A stretch of 45,591 nucleotides of DNA from Actinomycetota bacterium (GTDB lineage Bacteria > Actinomycetota > Acidimicrobiia > IMCC26256 > VFJJ01): assembly GCA_009886115.1 (NCBI GenBank), contig VFJJ01000074.1, positions 1 to 45,591 on the forward strand. Direction: 5' to 3'. This document shows positions 1 through 9,862 of this stretch, in pieces. The translations under genes were made by a program, and so were the position numbers. Every line of letters begins with the position of its first letter. Within the stretch, counting starts at the first letter, position 1. The notes below the pieces were generated by a model. That model worked only from the letters and a program-made list of their open reading frames with translations, did not search any database and was not told the origin of the DNA.

Positions 1-1
1 C

Positions 2-67
2 ACGACACGGCCGCCCACCACCACCACGACACGACCGCCCACGACCACCACGATCCCACCGTTCTGA
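2..67 (+). CDS. 3' end of a gene entering the window; Thr/Pro-rich tail
   Basis: Frame 2 reads TTRPPTTTTTRPPTTTIPPF then TGA at 65-67; typical low-complexity tail of an exported actinobacterial protein. Confidence 0.55.
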   Translation, partial: TTRPPTTTTTRPPTTTTIPPF

Positions 68-130
68 GCCTGGAGTTCTGACGGAGCCGCCCGTGGTCAA
101 GCCGCGACGCCGGCCGGCCGATGCCCAGGC

Positions 131-595
131 ATGGTCGTGCGAGCCTGCCAGCATCGGAATCTGTCGAACCCTGCGCCACCGTCGGACGATCCGATCTGGC
201 TCACCCACCACCACCCGGCCCACCACGATCGATGCTTGGTCGTGGCGGGCCGCCGGGTGTGTCGCCGCTGCCTCGTCCTCTACCCGATTGCGTTCTGCGT
301 GATGGCGGCGTCGCTGGCTGGCGTCCACTGGCCCGGGAGCTGGGACGGTCTCCTCATGCTCGTCCTGCCGGCTCCGGCGATCGCCGAGTTCGTGGCCGAG
401 CACACCGGCCGGCTCTCACACCGTCCCCGCCGACAGGTCGCGCTCACCCTGGTGGCCGCGCCGGCACTCGGTCGGGGCCTGGCCCGATATCTCGAGACCC
501 CAGCAGACCGTCTGTGGTGGACGATGGTCGTGGGCTACGGCCTCGTCGGCCTGGCAGCGACCCTGCTGTCGAGCCGGGACCGAACCGTGACGTGA
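131..595 (+). CDS. Small membrane protein, DUF2085-like (His/Cys motif); start uncertain
   Basis: LTHHHPAHHDRC...VCRRC motif followed by about four hydrophobic segments. Confidence 0.6.
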   Translation: MVVRACQHRNLSNPAPPSDDPIWLTHHHPAHHDRCLVVAGRRVCRRCLVLYPIAFCVMAASLAGVHWPGSWDGLLMLVLPAPAIAEFVAEHTGRLSHRPRRQVALTLVAAPALGRGLARYLETPADRLWWTMVVGYGLVGLAATLLSSRDRTVT

Positions 596-722
596 TCGCA
601 CGCGATGCGACCCCCTGGGAAGCCAGGAGGGTCGATCGGTGCGTACGTGAGGACGAGACTGTGCCCAGGGCCCGACCTCACGACGTGAGACCAAGGCCCG
701 GCGGTCCCGCGGTTGCCGGGGC

Positions 723-2225
723 TCAGCCCTCGGCGACGACCTCGGGCTCAGCTGCGGCCTCGACCCCACCGGCCGCCTCGACAACCACGTCGCCATCGGC
801 ATCGTCGGCACCTTCGGCAGCGTCGTCGCTGGCGCGGGCCGGGGCCTCTTCGAGCTCGGGACCGATGTAGTTGCCGTGCTCGTCGAAGTTCTCTTCGCCG
901 TAGAACTCCCGGTACTCCTCGGCGACCACCCCACCCTCGGCGGCCTGCTTGATCGACAGCGAGATGCGCCGCCGTTCGAGGTCGAGGTCGATGATCTTGA
1001 CCCAGAGCTCCTCGCCGACGGTTACGACCTGATCAGGCGTCTCGACGTGGTGCGAGGCCATCTCGGAGATGTGCACCAGACCCTCGATGCCTTCGCCCAC
1101 CTGGACGAACGAGCCGAAGGGCACCAGCTTGGTGATGCGGCCGTACACGAGCTCGCCGACGGCGTGCGACCCGGCGAACTCCTGCCACGGGTCCTGCTGG
1201 GTGGCCTTGAGCGAGAGGCTGATCCGCTCACGCGACAGGTCGACGTCGAGCACCTGCACCGAGACCTCGTCGCCAACCTGCACCACCGACGACGGATGAT
1301 CGACGTGCTTCCACGACAGCTCGGAGACGTGCACGAGGCCGTCCATGCCCCCGAGGTCGACGAACGCCCCGAACGGCACGACCGACGAGACCACGCCCGT
1401 GCGGATCTCGCCGGGCTTCAAGTTGGTGAGGAACTCGTCGCGCTGCTCCTTCTGGGTCTCCTCGAGCCAGGCCCGGCGTGAGAGCACGACGTTGTTGCGG
1501 TTCTTGTCGAGCTCGATGATCTTGCATTCGAGCTCGCGGCCCACGTACGGGATGAGGTCGCGCACCCGGCGCAGCTCGACGAGCGATGCCGGCAGGAAGC
1601 CTCGCAGCCCGATGTCGAGGATCAGACCGCCCTTGACGACCTCGATGACCGGTCCCTTGACGACGCCCTCGGCCGCCTTGACGGCCTCGATCGTGCCCCA
1701 CGCCCGCTCGTACTGAGCCCGCTTCTTCGAGAGGATGAGCCGACCCTCGGCGTCTTCCTTCTGGAGGACCAGCGCCTCGATGACATCGCCCAGCGCCACC
1801 ACCTCGTGCGGGTTCACATCGTGGCGGATCGACAGCTCCCGGTTGGGGATCACGCCCTCGGACTTGTACCCGATGTCGAGGAGGACCTCGTCCTTGTCGA
1901 TCTGGACGACCACACCCTTGACGATGCCGCCCTCGTCGAACTCGACGATCGTGGCGTCGACGGCATCGGCGAACGACATGCCCCCCAGGTCGTCGAAGAC
2001 GACGGTGTCGACCGGCTCTTCGACCGGCTCTTCGACCACCGCTTCGACCACCGCTTCGACCGGCTCTTCGGCCACCTCTTCGGCCGGCTCTTCGACCACC
2101 GCTTGCACCACCTCCGTCGGTGCTTCCGCCGTGTCGGTCGGGGCAGCTTCAACGGGTGCGTCGGCAGCGTCAACTGCCGTTTCGAGCGCGGAATCGGTGA
2201 CTGCGGTGGGGGTCTCGTCGGACAT
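723..2225 (-). CDS. rpsA: 30S ribosomal protein S1, four S1 domains, acidic N- and C-terminal extensions
   Basis: DKDEVLLDIGYKSEGVIP, LILSKKRAQYERAW, GFLPASLV, FGAFVDLGGMDGLVHVSELSW. Confidence 0.98.
   Translation of the reverse strand: MSDETPTAVTDSALETAVDAADAPVEAAPTDTAEAPTEVVQAVVEEPAEEVAEEPVEAVVEAVVEEPVEEPVDTVVFDDLGGMSFADAVDATIVEFDEGGIVKGVVVQIDKDEVLLDIGYKSEGVIPNRELSIRHDVNPHEVVALGDVIEALVLQKEDAEGRLILSKKRAQYERAWGTIEAVKAAEGVVKGPVIEVVKGGLILDIGLRGFLPASLVELRRVRDLIPYVGRELECKIIELDKNRNNVVLSRRAWLEETQKEQRDEFLTNLKPGEIRTGVVSSVVPFGAFVDLGGMDGLVHVSELSWKHVDHPSSVVQVGDEVSVQVLDVDLSRERISLSLKATQQDPWQEFAGSHAVGELVYGRITKLVPFGSFVQVGEGIEGLVHISEMASHHVETPDQVVTVGEELWVKIIDLDLERRRISLSIKQAAEGGVVAEEYREFYGEENFDEHGNYIGPELEEAPARASDDAAEGADDADGDVVVEAAGGVEAAAEPEVVAEG
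2011..2106. repeat. Eight imperfect 12-bp tandem units (accggctcttcg / accaccgcttcg) in the rpsA 5' region
   Basis: Read directly; encodes the EEPV/EAVV-type acidic repeats. Confidence 0.85.
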
Positions 2226-2341
2226 CGGAGGACAGCTTTCGTCAGGACGGGGATCGAGTGGGCATGGCGAACTGGTGATCGGGCGCGCGCGTCATCGGTC
2301 GCGACCGCGACCCAAGGCTACAGGAGGTCGGACCTCGTGCA

Positions 2342-3100
2342 CTATTTCGATGTGATCGCCACCGGTCCGTCGGGCCGACGTGCGATGAGCATCACGCCCG
2401 GCCGTTCCAGGTCGACGGGGTCGGTCCCCCAGCCCCCGGGCGCCGAAGCGCTGATCGACTCCACGACCAGCCCCACGCGCTCGGCGAGCAGGCGCAGCTC
2501 CCGAGGGGTGTAACACGTCGTCCACAGCTCGAACGCACGCTCGTCACCATCGGGACCCCGCACGTTCGCGACCTCGTGGTTCACCCCGGTCATGGGGTCG
2601 AAATCATCGTGTTCCTCGCGAAAGCGGACCGCGAAGTAGGCGCTGAACGTGTCGAGGACGACGGTCCCCCCGGGCGTGCAGGCTCGGGCCATGCGCGTCA
2701 ACACGAGCGGATCATCGTCGCCGAGGAGCCCGAACGCCCCTTGACAGCATGAGAGCACGAGATCGAACTCGGCGTCCCGATCGAGGTCGCGGGCGTCGAG
2801 GCACTCGAATCGGCACCGCTCGGCGACTCCCGCATCGAGTGCCGACGCTCGGGCCAACGCGATGAACTCCGCCGAGAGGTCGACGCCGGTCACAACCATG
2901 CCCCGCCGGGCCAGCTCCAGGGCGTGACGACCGGGGCCGCAACCGACATCGAGGATCGCCGAACCGGGTCGGAGTCCGAGCTGTTCGACCAGGAAGTCGA
3001 CCTCCCTGGTGGTGCCCTTGGTGAAGGCGTTGCGGAGGTAGGCCGGGCCGAGGAACCGGGCGACGGGCTGAAACCAGTGGCTATCGGTCGTCTCGGTCAT
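2342..3100 (-). CDS. Class I SAM-dependent methyltransferase
   Basis: ILDVGCGPGRH motif I and VTGVDLS; start set at ATG 3100 (MTETTDSHWF). Confidence 0.9.
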   Translation of the reverse strand: MTETTDSHWFQPVARFLGPAYLRNAFTKGTTREVDFLVEQLGLRPGSAILDVGCGPGRHALELARRGMVVTGVDLSAEFIALARASALDAGVAERCRFECLDARDLDRDAEFDLVLSCCQGAFGLLGDDDPLVLTRMARACTPGGTVVLDTFSAYFAVRFREEHDDFDPMTGVNHEVANVRGPDGDERAFELWTTCYTPRELRLLAERVGLVVESISASAPGGWGTDPVDLERPGVMLIARRPDGPVAITSK

Positions 3101-3226
3101 GTCGTCGTGGTCCGGGGCGGTACGGGTGGTCCGGGTGGTCTCCCGGGTGTGGTTGGGCCCGCGTGCGATGTCGCTCTCGGGGCACCGAACCGGGGGCCGC
3201 ATGGCCCGAGTCTGCAACCTACCGCG

Positions 3227-5929
3227 CTACTGGGCCACCGGTACGACGACACCGGTCAGCTCGGCGAGCGGTCCATGGGGCTCCCACGTGGCGAGCAACG
3301 CAGCGAGCGGATCCGGGGCGACCGGACGGCCGAAGTAGTACCCCTGGGCCTTGTCACAGCCGAGCGGGGCGAGCGCGGCGAGGTGCTCGACGGTCTCGAT
3401 CCCCTCGGCCACCACGATCAGGCCGAGGACGTGGGCCAGGTTCACGACGGCCTCGACGATCGAGGAGCTCTCACGGTCGACCCCCAGGTCCTGGATGAAG
3501 CTCTGGTCGATCTTGACCACGTCGACCGGGAAGCGTCGGAGGTAGCTGAGCGACGAGTGACCCGTCCCGAAATCGTCGATCGCCAGACCCACGCCGATCG
3601 CCTTGAGCGACGCGAGAACCCCGAGCGACAGGTCGACATCCTCCATCAGGGCGTTCTCGGTGATCTCCAAGCAGATCCTGCCGGGATCGATGCCGGTGGC
3701 CTCGAAGACCTCTCGGACGGAGTCGACGAAGTCGGGCTCGATGAGCTGACGGGGCGAGACGTTGACGGTGACCATCCCGGGCGCCCGATCCCCGAGATGG
3801 GCGTCCCAGACCGCGACCTGGCGACAGACCTGGTCGAGCACCCGCAGACCCAGGCTCACGATCAGACCCGAGCCCTCGGCCACCTCGATGAACGATCCCG
3901 GCAAGAGCAGGCCCCGCTCGGGATGCTCCCAGCGGACGAGGGCCTCGGCTCCTCCGACCCGGCCCGAAGCCAGATCGATGATCGGCTGATAGTGCACGCG
4001 CAGCTCGTCACGCATCAGCGCCCCTCGAAGCCCGTCCTCGAGGTCGAGCTGAGCCTCGGCCCGAGCCCGCATGGCGTCGTCGAAGAGCTCGTAGCGGGCC
4101 CGGCCGCGCTCCTTGGCCCGATAGGCCGCCGTGTCGGCCTCACGCAAGAGATCGGCGGAGGTGGTCGAGCCTCCACCCGTCGTGAGGGCCACCCCCAGGC
4201 TGGCACTGACGTAGATCGCACGCCCGCGCACCACAAAGGGCCTGGACATGAGGAGGGTGATGCGCTCGGCCACCGTCTCAGCGGCCGTCGTGTCCTCGAT
4301 GGGGTCGCAGAGCACGACGAACTCGTCGCCTCCGAGGCGCCCGACCATGTCCCAGGATCTGACCGCCTCGACGAGCCGCTCGGCGACCGCGACGAGCAGC
4401 TCGTCACCAGCCTCGTGACCCAGCGAGTCGTTGACCACCTTGAAATGGTCGAGGTCGAGGAAGATCAGCGCCACCGTCGAGCCCACCACGCGGGCCCGCT
4501 CGAGAGCCGCAGCCGTCCGCTCGGTGAGCAGCACCCGGTTGGGGAGACCGGTGAGGGTGTCATGCGTGGCCTGATGCTCGAGCCGGTGCCGGAGCACGCG
4601 AGCTTCGGTCTCGTCGACGACCTGGGCCACGATGCGTGCTGGCGCCCGGTGCGAGGCCTTCAGGAGCGACAACGTCACCTGGCAGTCGCACCACGTTCCG
4701 GCCGACCGCTCATGGTGGATCTCACGCTGCAACATCTCGGAGCGGCCGTCGATGAGACGACCGAGGTCGGCCGCTTCGACCTGGAGGATCGCTCCACCAG
4801 GCACGTCACTCGCCAGGTGCCCGATCAGATGGTTGGCCTCGGCGCCGACGATGACGCACAACGCGGTGTTGACTCGCAGCACGGTCCCGTCGAGGCTCAT
4901 CAGGGCCATGCCGATGGGGCTGTCGTCGAAGGCCCTCCGGAACTGCCCCTCCTCGACGCGCAGCGCCTCGACGGCGGCGACCCGCTTGGCCTGGGTGACC
5001 GCCAGGGCCACCAACGCCCCCAATGCGACGATGAGCCCCAGGAGCTGCGCCATGATCGAACCGGAGAAGGCTTCGGAGTAGGGGACCCACGCCTCGATCG
5101 TCCAGGCGTTGTCGCTGCGCACCCCTTCCACCTGATCGGGCTCGACGAACCGCTCGGTCATCACCGCATCGGCGATCGTCACCGACGCGCTGAGCGCCAC
5201 CGGTTCCGAGTCGATCCGCTGCGCGGACGCCGTGTCGACCAGCACCAGGCCGCGGGAACGATCGACGACCCGGACCTGGCCCGCCCCGTCGACCAGATCT
5301 GTGAGACGCCGTTGGATCTCGGCCAGCAGAACCTCGAAGTGCACCACGAACTCGGTCCGGCCGTCGACTTCCACCGGGGTGGCGACCGAGATCACCCAGT
5401 CGCCGGTGTCGGGCGAGCGGTACGGCACGTCTCCCAAGACCTGCCCCGGCGCCAGAGCGAGCGCCGGCGCGAAGAAGGCATTCCCCGTCTCGTCGGGCGA
5501 GAGGTCGCCGACCTGCGCGATCTCGGCGTCGACCTGTCGAGCGAGCTCGCGCCCGGTGCGATCGATCACGCAGGCCTCGCCGACCTGGCTCGGGTACAGC
5601 GTGTGGATCGTCAAGAGGGACGACTCGAAGGATGCCCGGGCCCGGGGTCGCAGCGACGGCTCGTTCTTCCAATCGAGGAACGCCTGGTTCTGGGCCGCGA
5701 TCAGGATCTCACCGCGCCACTGCTCGAACAGGGACGTCACCTCCCGCTCCATGGTGTTGACCAGGTGCTCGGCCGCAGCCCGGTCACGATCGCGAGCGGC
5801 GGAGCGCGACTGCTCGGCGAAGAGGCCGGCTGCGGCCCCGATCACCAGAAGCCCCACGACCAGGCTGCGCGCGAAGACGACTCGACTGTGGGCGCGTTCT
5901 CGACCCCAAGACTTGCGTGGCTCCGGCAT
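3227..5929 (-). CDS. Membrane diguanylate cyclase/phosphodiesterase (TM-Cache-like-TM-PAS-GGDEF-EAL)
   Basis: HDTLTGLPNR, DLDHFKVVNDSLGH, RSWD-x5-GGDEF, EALVRW, DDFGTGHSSL; start set at ATG 5929 because the longer ORF overlaps polA. Confidence 0.92.
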   Translation of the reverse strand: MPEPRKSWGRERAHSRVVFARSLVVGLLVIGAAAGLFAEQSRSAARDRDRAAAEHLVNTMEREVTSLFEQWRGEILIAAQNQAFLDWKNEPSLRPRARASFESSLLTIHTLYPSQVGEACVIDRTGRELARQVDAEIAQVGDLSPDETGNAFFAPALALAPGQVLGDVPYRSPDTGDWVISVATPVEVDGRTEFVVHFEVLLAEIQRRLTDLVDGAGQVRVVDRSRGLVLVDTASAQRIDSEPVALSASVTIADAVMTERFVEPDQVEGVRSDNAWTIEAWVPYSEAFSGSIMAQLLGLIVALGALVALAVTQAKRVAAVEALRVEEGQFRRAFDDSPIGMALMSLDGTVLRVNTALCVIVGAEANHLIGHLASDVPGGAILQVEAADLGRLIDGRSEMLQREIHHERSAGTWCDCQVTLSLLKASHRAPARIVAQVVDETEARVLRHRLEHQATHDTLTGLPNRVLLTERTAAALERARVVGSTVALIFLDLDHFKVVNDSLGHEAGDELLVAVAERLVEAVRSWDMVGRLGGDEFVVLCDPIEDTTAAETVAERITLLMSRPFVVRGRAIYVSASLGVALTTGGGSTTSADLLREADTAAYRAKERGRARYELFDDAMRARAEAQLDLEDGLRGALMRDELRVHYQPIIDLASGRVGGAEALVRWEHPERGLLLPGSFIEVAEGSGLIVSLGLRVLDQVCRQVAVWDAHLGDRAPGMVTVNVSPRQLIEPDFVDSVREVFEATGIDPGRICLEITENALMEDVDLSLGVLASLKAIGVGLAIDDFGTGHSSLSYLRRFPVDVVKIDQSFIQDLGVDRESSSIVEAVVNLAHVLGLIVVAEGIETVEHLAALAPLGCDKAQGYYFGRPVAPDPLAALLATWEPHGPLAELTGVVVPVAQ

Positions 5930-6014
5930 CGAGCTTTTCTCGGCACGGTTCGGCACCACCTGAACCAATCGGGACGATCGTTCCCGAGCGCCGCGACTCG
6001 GGGGTCGCGACCCG

Positions 6015-8798
6015 TCAGCCCTTGGCGTCGGCCCAGGTCGCGCCGAACGCCAGATCGACCCGTAGCGGCACGCGCAGGGGGAACGCGCCTTCCATGACCT
6101 CCCGCACCAAAGGGCCAACCTGCGACCGTTCCTCGAACGGGACTTCCAGGACGAGCTCGTCGTGGACGGTGAGGACCATGCGGCTGCGGAACCGGCCGTC
6201 GTCGAGCGCCCGGTCGAGGCGCACCATCGCCACCTTGAAGATGTCGGCCGCCGAACCTTGCACGGGAGCGTTCTGCGCCATCCGCTTGCCCATGTCGCGG
6301 ATGCGGAAGTTGTCGGACGTGAGCTCGGGGAGCTGACGGCGCCGACCGAGGAGCGTGGTGGTGTAGCCGCATGATCGGGCGTCCTTGACCACGGTGTCCA
6401 TGTAGCTGCGGACCCGGGGGAAGCCGGCGAAGTACGCCTCGAGGATCGCCTTGGCCTCGTCGACCTCGATCTCGGCCCGTTGGGCGAGTCCGTACGCCTC
6501 CATCCCGTACGCGAGGCCGTAGTTCACGACCTTGGCGAAACGGCGATGCTCGGGCGTGACGTCGCTCTCGGGCACGCCGAACACCCGCGCCGCGGTCGCG
6601 GTGTGCACGTCGGCGTCGCGTTCGAAGGCGTCGATGAGGCCGGGGTCGTCGGCCAGGTGCGCGAGCACGCGCATCTCGATCTGCGAGTAGTCGGCAACGA
6701 GGAGATCGCAACCCTCGCGTGGGATGAACGCCCGTCGGAACGCCCGCCCGTCGGCCGATCGAACCGGGATGTTCTGCAGGTTCGGCTGTTCGCTCGAGAT
6801 GCGACCGGTGGCCGTGGCGGTCTGGTTGAGCACGGCGTGGATGCGGCCGTCGGCCTCGACCAGCGGCGGGAACGCCAGGGCGTAGGTGGAACGCAGCTTG
6901 TCGACCTCTCGGTAGCGGAGGAGATCGTCGACGATCGGGTGGAGACCCACCAGCTTCTGGAGCGACGCCGCGTCGGTCGAGGCGCCCGTCTTGGTCTTCT
7001 TCGACGGGCTCAGGCCCAGCTTCTCGTACAGGATCTTCTGCAACTGCTGGGTCGAGCCGATGTTGAAGGGCTCACCGGCGTGCTCGTGGATGCGGTGCTC
7101 GAGCTCGTCGCGCTCTTTCGTGAGGTCGGTCGCGAGCCGATTCAGGAACTCCACGTCGATCCGGACGCCGATGGCCTCCATGGCCGCCAGCACCCGTACC
7201 AGGGGACGCTCGACCGATTCGTAGAGCGACGTGAGCTCCTGCGCCCGGAGGCCCTCCTCGAGCACCGGCGCGAGCGCGAGCGCGGCCGCAGCCCGTCGGC
7301 AGGTCTCGTGGGCCGACGCGCTCCCGTCAAAGTCGAGCTGGCCCGCTGACACGCCGTCGGTCCCGGCCAGATCGACGCCCAGGAGTCGCAGCGCGAGGTC
7401 TTCGAGCTTGTAGCTGCCGGCGCCGGGGTCGAGGAGGTAAGCCATGATCGGGATGTCGTGGTGGAGGCTGCGCACGTCGAGCGCGGGGAGGCCCCGCATG
7501 AGCTCCTTGGCCCCGTGGGCGATCAGGAACGGCCCTCCGGCGGCGACCAGACCGGTCGAGCCGGCAGCTTCGACGAAGGCACCGGTCATCGAGCCGGGCA
7601 CGAACCAGGCCTCGAATCGGCCCAGGCCCCCCGGGTCGGCGCCGCTCTGCACGGCGCCGCTCTGCACGGCGCCGCTCTGCACGGCGCCGCTCTGCACGGC
7701 GATGCCCAGACCCACCACTTCGCTCTTGCCGGCCCGTCCAGCCCACCGGGGCTCGATGGCGTAGGGAGCGCCGCTCGCGACGAGACGCTCGATCACCGCC
7801 CGCAACGCTGCGGCATCGTCGACGAGCGCGACATCGACACCGAGCAGCCCGGCACGGTCGCCGGTCGTGCCCGCCGCCGCATCCCCGGTCGACCGTCCGG
7901 TCCCGGTGCCGCTGCCGCTACCGGAGCTGATGCCGAGCGCATCGAGCAGGCGGGGGTACACCTGGCGGAACGCCAAGCGGTTGAAGAGCTCCCTGACCGC
8001 CTCGGCGTCGAACGCACCCTGTCGCAGGTCGGCCGGGGCCGTCGGAACGTCGCAATCGAGACGGAGCCGCATCATCTCGCGATTGCGGAACACCCGCTCG
8101 CGCGCCTCACCCATCGACTGCCGTTGCTTGGGCGGGAGACGGTCGAGGTGCTCGTAGATCCCCTCCAGGTCGCCATGCTCGTTGATGAGCTTGGCGGCGG
8201 TCTTCTCGCCGATGCCGGGCACCCCCGGCAGGTTGTCGGACGTGTCGCCGCGCATGGCGGCGTAGTCGACGTACTGGCTCGGCAGCACGCCCGTGCGTTC
8301 GACGATCCCCGCGACGTCGTAGAGCGCATAGTCGGAGACGCCCCGACGGTTGTAGAGCACCTTCACGTGGGGATCGCGCACCAGCTGGAAGCTGTCGCGG
8401 TCGCCGGTGACGATGACGACGTCGATGCCCTGGTCGGCCGCCCGGTGCGACAAGGTGGCGATGACGTCATCGGCCTCCACACCCGGCACCGAGATCGTAG
8501 GGACGGCCAGCGTGTCGAGCACCTCGTGGATCAGCGGCACCTGGCTCGAGAAGAGCTCGGGCGTCTCCTTCCGGGTGGCCTTGTACTCGACGTCGAGCTC
8601 GTTGCGGAACGATCCGCCGGGGGCATCGAAGACGACGGCGATCCCGTCCGGACGCTCGTCACCGAAGAGCTTCACGAGCATCGTGGTGAAGCCGTACACC
8701 GCGTTGGTGAAGGTTCCGGTGGGCGTCGCCAGGTCGGAGGGGAGGGCGTAGAAGGCTCGGTAGGCCAGCGAGTATCCGTCGAGGAGGACGAGCTTCAC
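6015..8798 (-). CDS. polA: DNA polymerase I
   Basis: LLDGYSLAYRAFYALP 5'-3' exonuclease start, TATGRISSEQPNLQNIP, ADYSQIEMR, TVHDEL. Confidence 0.98.
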   Translation of the reverse strand: MKLVLLDGYSLAYRAFYALPSDLATPTGTFTNAVYGFTTMLVKLFGDERPDGIAVVFDAPGGSFRNELDVEYKATRKETPELFSSQVPLIHEVLDTLAVPTISVPGVEADDVIATLSHRAADQGIDVVIVTGDRDSFQLVRDPHVKVLYNRRGVSDYALYDVAGIVERTGVLPSQYVDYAAMRGDTSDNLPGVPGIGEKTAAKLINEHGDLEGIYEHLDRLPPKQRQSMGEARERVFRNREMMRLRLDCDVPTAPADLRQGAFDAEAVRELFNRLAFRQVYPRLLDALGISSGSGSGTGTGRSTGDAAAGTTGDRAGLLGVDVALVDDAAALRAVIERLVASGAPYAIEPRWAGRAGKSEVVGLGIAVQSGAVQSGAVQSGAVQSGADPGGLGRFEAWFVPGSMTGAFVEAAGSTGLVAAGGPFLIAHGAKELMRGLPALDVRSLHHDIPIMAYLLDPGAGSYKLEDLALRLLGVDLAGTDGVSAGQLDFDGSASAHETCRRAAAALALAPVLEEGLRAQELTSLYESVERPLVRVLAAMEAIGVRIDVEFLNRLATDLTKERDELEHRIHEHAGEPFNIGSTQQLQKILYEKLGLSPSKKTKTGASTDAASLQKLVGLHPIVDDLLRYREVDKLRSTYALAFPPLVEADGRIHAVLNQTATATGRISSEQPNLQNIPVRSADGRAFRRAFIPREGCDLLVADYSQIEMRVLAHLADDPGLIDAFERDADVHTATAARVFGVPESDVTPEHRRFAKVVNYGLAYGMEAYGLAQRAEIEVDEAKAILEAYFAGFPRVRSYMDTVVKDARSCGYTTTLLGRRRQLPELTSDNFRIRDMGKRMAQNAPVQGSAADIFKVAMVRLDRALDDGRFRSRMVLTVHDELVLEVPFEERSQVGPLVREVMEGAFPLRVPLRVDLAFGATWADAKG
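7641..7700. repeat. Four perfect 15-bp tandem copies (gccgctctgcacggc) inside polA, encoding (AVQSG)x4
   Basis: Read directly from the sequence. Confidence 0.95.
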
Positions 8799-9460
8799 GG
8801 AGACGCCGACGGGGATGGCCGGTCGGGGGCGGCCGGTGGCAGGCCGTCGGCAGCCGAGGGCGGGCCGTCGCCGTCCGGGGCGCCGGGACGCAGACCGTCG
8901 TCGATCACCAACCTGGCCACCTCGTGGATCTTGAGGCGGCGTCGCATGGCGTCGCTGCGCAAGAACGCGAAGGCGTCGTGCTCGGACATCCCGATGTCGA
9001 TGAGGATGCCCTTGGCCCGATCGACGAGCTTGCGCGACTCCAGACGTTCGGTGAGGTCGCGAACCTCGTCGCCCAACGCCGTGAGCTCGGCGAAGCGACC
9101 CAGGGCCAACTCGATCGCCGGCACCAGATCGGCACGCTGGAAGGGCTTCACGATGTACGCCAGCGCGCCGGCGTCACGGGCTTCCTCGATGAGCTCCCGC
9201 TGGGAGAACGCCGTGAGGATGAGCACGGCGGCGAGTCGTTCGTCGGCGATGTGACGGGCCGCGGTGAGCCCGTCCATGCCCGGCATCTTGATGTCGAGGA
9301 TCGCCAGGTCGGGACGGAGACGCCGAACGAGGTCGACTGCCTCGTCGCCCCGGCCCGTCTCGCCCACCACCTCGTATCCCTCCTCGACCAGCATCTCCTT
9401 GAGGTCGAGGCGGATGATGGCTTCGTCCTCGGCGATCACGATGCGCGTCGTCGCGTTCAT
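8795..9460 (-). CDS. pdtaR: REC-ANTAR response regulator (PdtaR-like)
   Basis: IVIAEDEAIIRLDLKEML, LDIKMP, LESRKLVDRAKGIL ANTAR helix; stop overlaps the polA start (GTGA). Confidence 0.88.
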   Translation of the reverse strand: MNATTRIVIAEDEAIIRLDLKEMLVEEGYEVVGETGRGDEAVDLVRRLRPDLAILDIKMPGMDGLTAARHIADERLAAVLILTAFSQRELIEEARDAGALAYIVKPFQRADLVPAIELALGRFAELTALGDEVRDLTERLESRKLVDRAKGILIDIGMSEHDAFAFLRSDAMRRRLKIHEVARLVIDDGLRPGAPDGDGPPSAADGLPPAAPDRPSPSASP

Positions 9461-9747
9461 CGTTCGGCTCCCATGCGGTCGAGCAGCGCATCTTGTTCGA
9501 CCGCCAGCTCGGCGATCGCTCCGTTGATCGTGTCGCGTTGACGGCCGAGGGCATCGGCGTGACGGCGCGCTTCCCTGGACTCCCGATCGGCCAGCGGAAT
9601 CTCGGCCACCAGGGCGCGCAACCGAGCGTCGTCGGCCTCGGCCTCGAAGAACGTCAGCTGCTCCTCCACCACCGCGAGCTCGGCGCGCAGGCGCTTCATG
9701 CGTTCGCTGACGTCGACGAGGCGTCGCTGCAACATCGACCGCGTCAT
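9457..9747 (-). CDS. Small coiled-coil hypothetical protein
   Basis: MTRSMLQRRLVDVSERMKRLRAELAVVEEQL heptad pattern; GGAG upstream; ATGA overlap with the ANTAR gene. Confidence 0.75.
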   Translation of the reverse strand: MTRSMLQRRLVDVSERMKRLRAELAVVEEQLTFFEAEADDARLRALVAEIPLADRESREARRHADALGRQRDTINGAIAELAVEQDALLDRMGAER

Positions 9748-9862
9748 CTCCGGTGACTCCACTCGTGGTCGGGACCATCGCAGTCTACGACCGGCACGCC
9801 CGAGGATGGGCCGATGGTCGGCCTGACGCCGACGCCACGAGGCGCGGAGCCAGAATGGGTCC

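Noticed and set aside
2924..6097. 1057-aa plus-strand ORF
   Set aside because: Antisense shadow of the GGDEF-EAL gene; no motifs, and long stop-free antisense frames are expected at this GC content
7641..7700. Repeats considered as a CRISPR array (also 2011-2106 and the hup tail)
   Set aside because: No spacers, the repeats are in frame within coding genes, and there are no cas genes
7458..9254. 598-aa plus-strand ORF
   Set aside because: Antisense to polA and the ANTAR gene; shadow ORF
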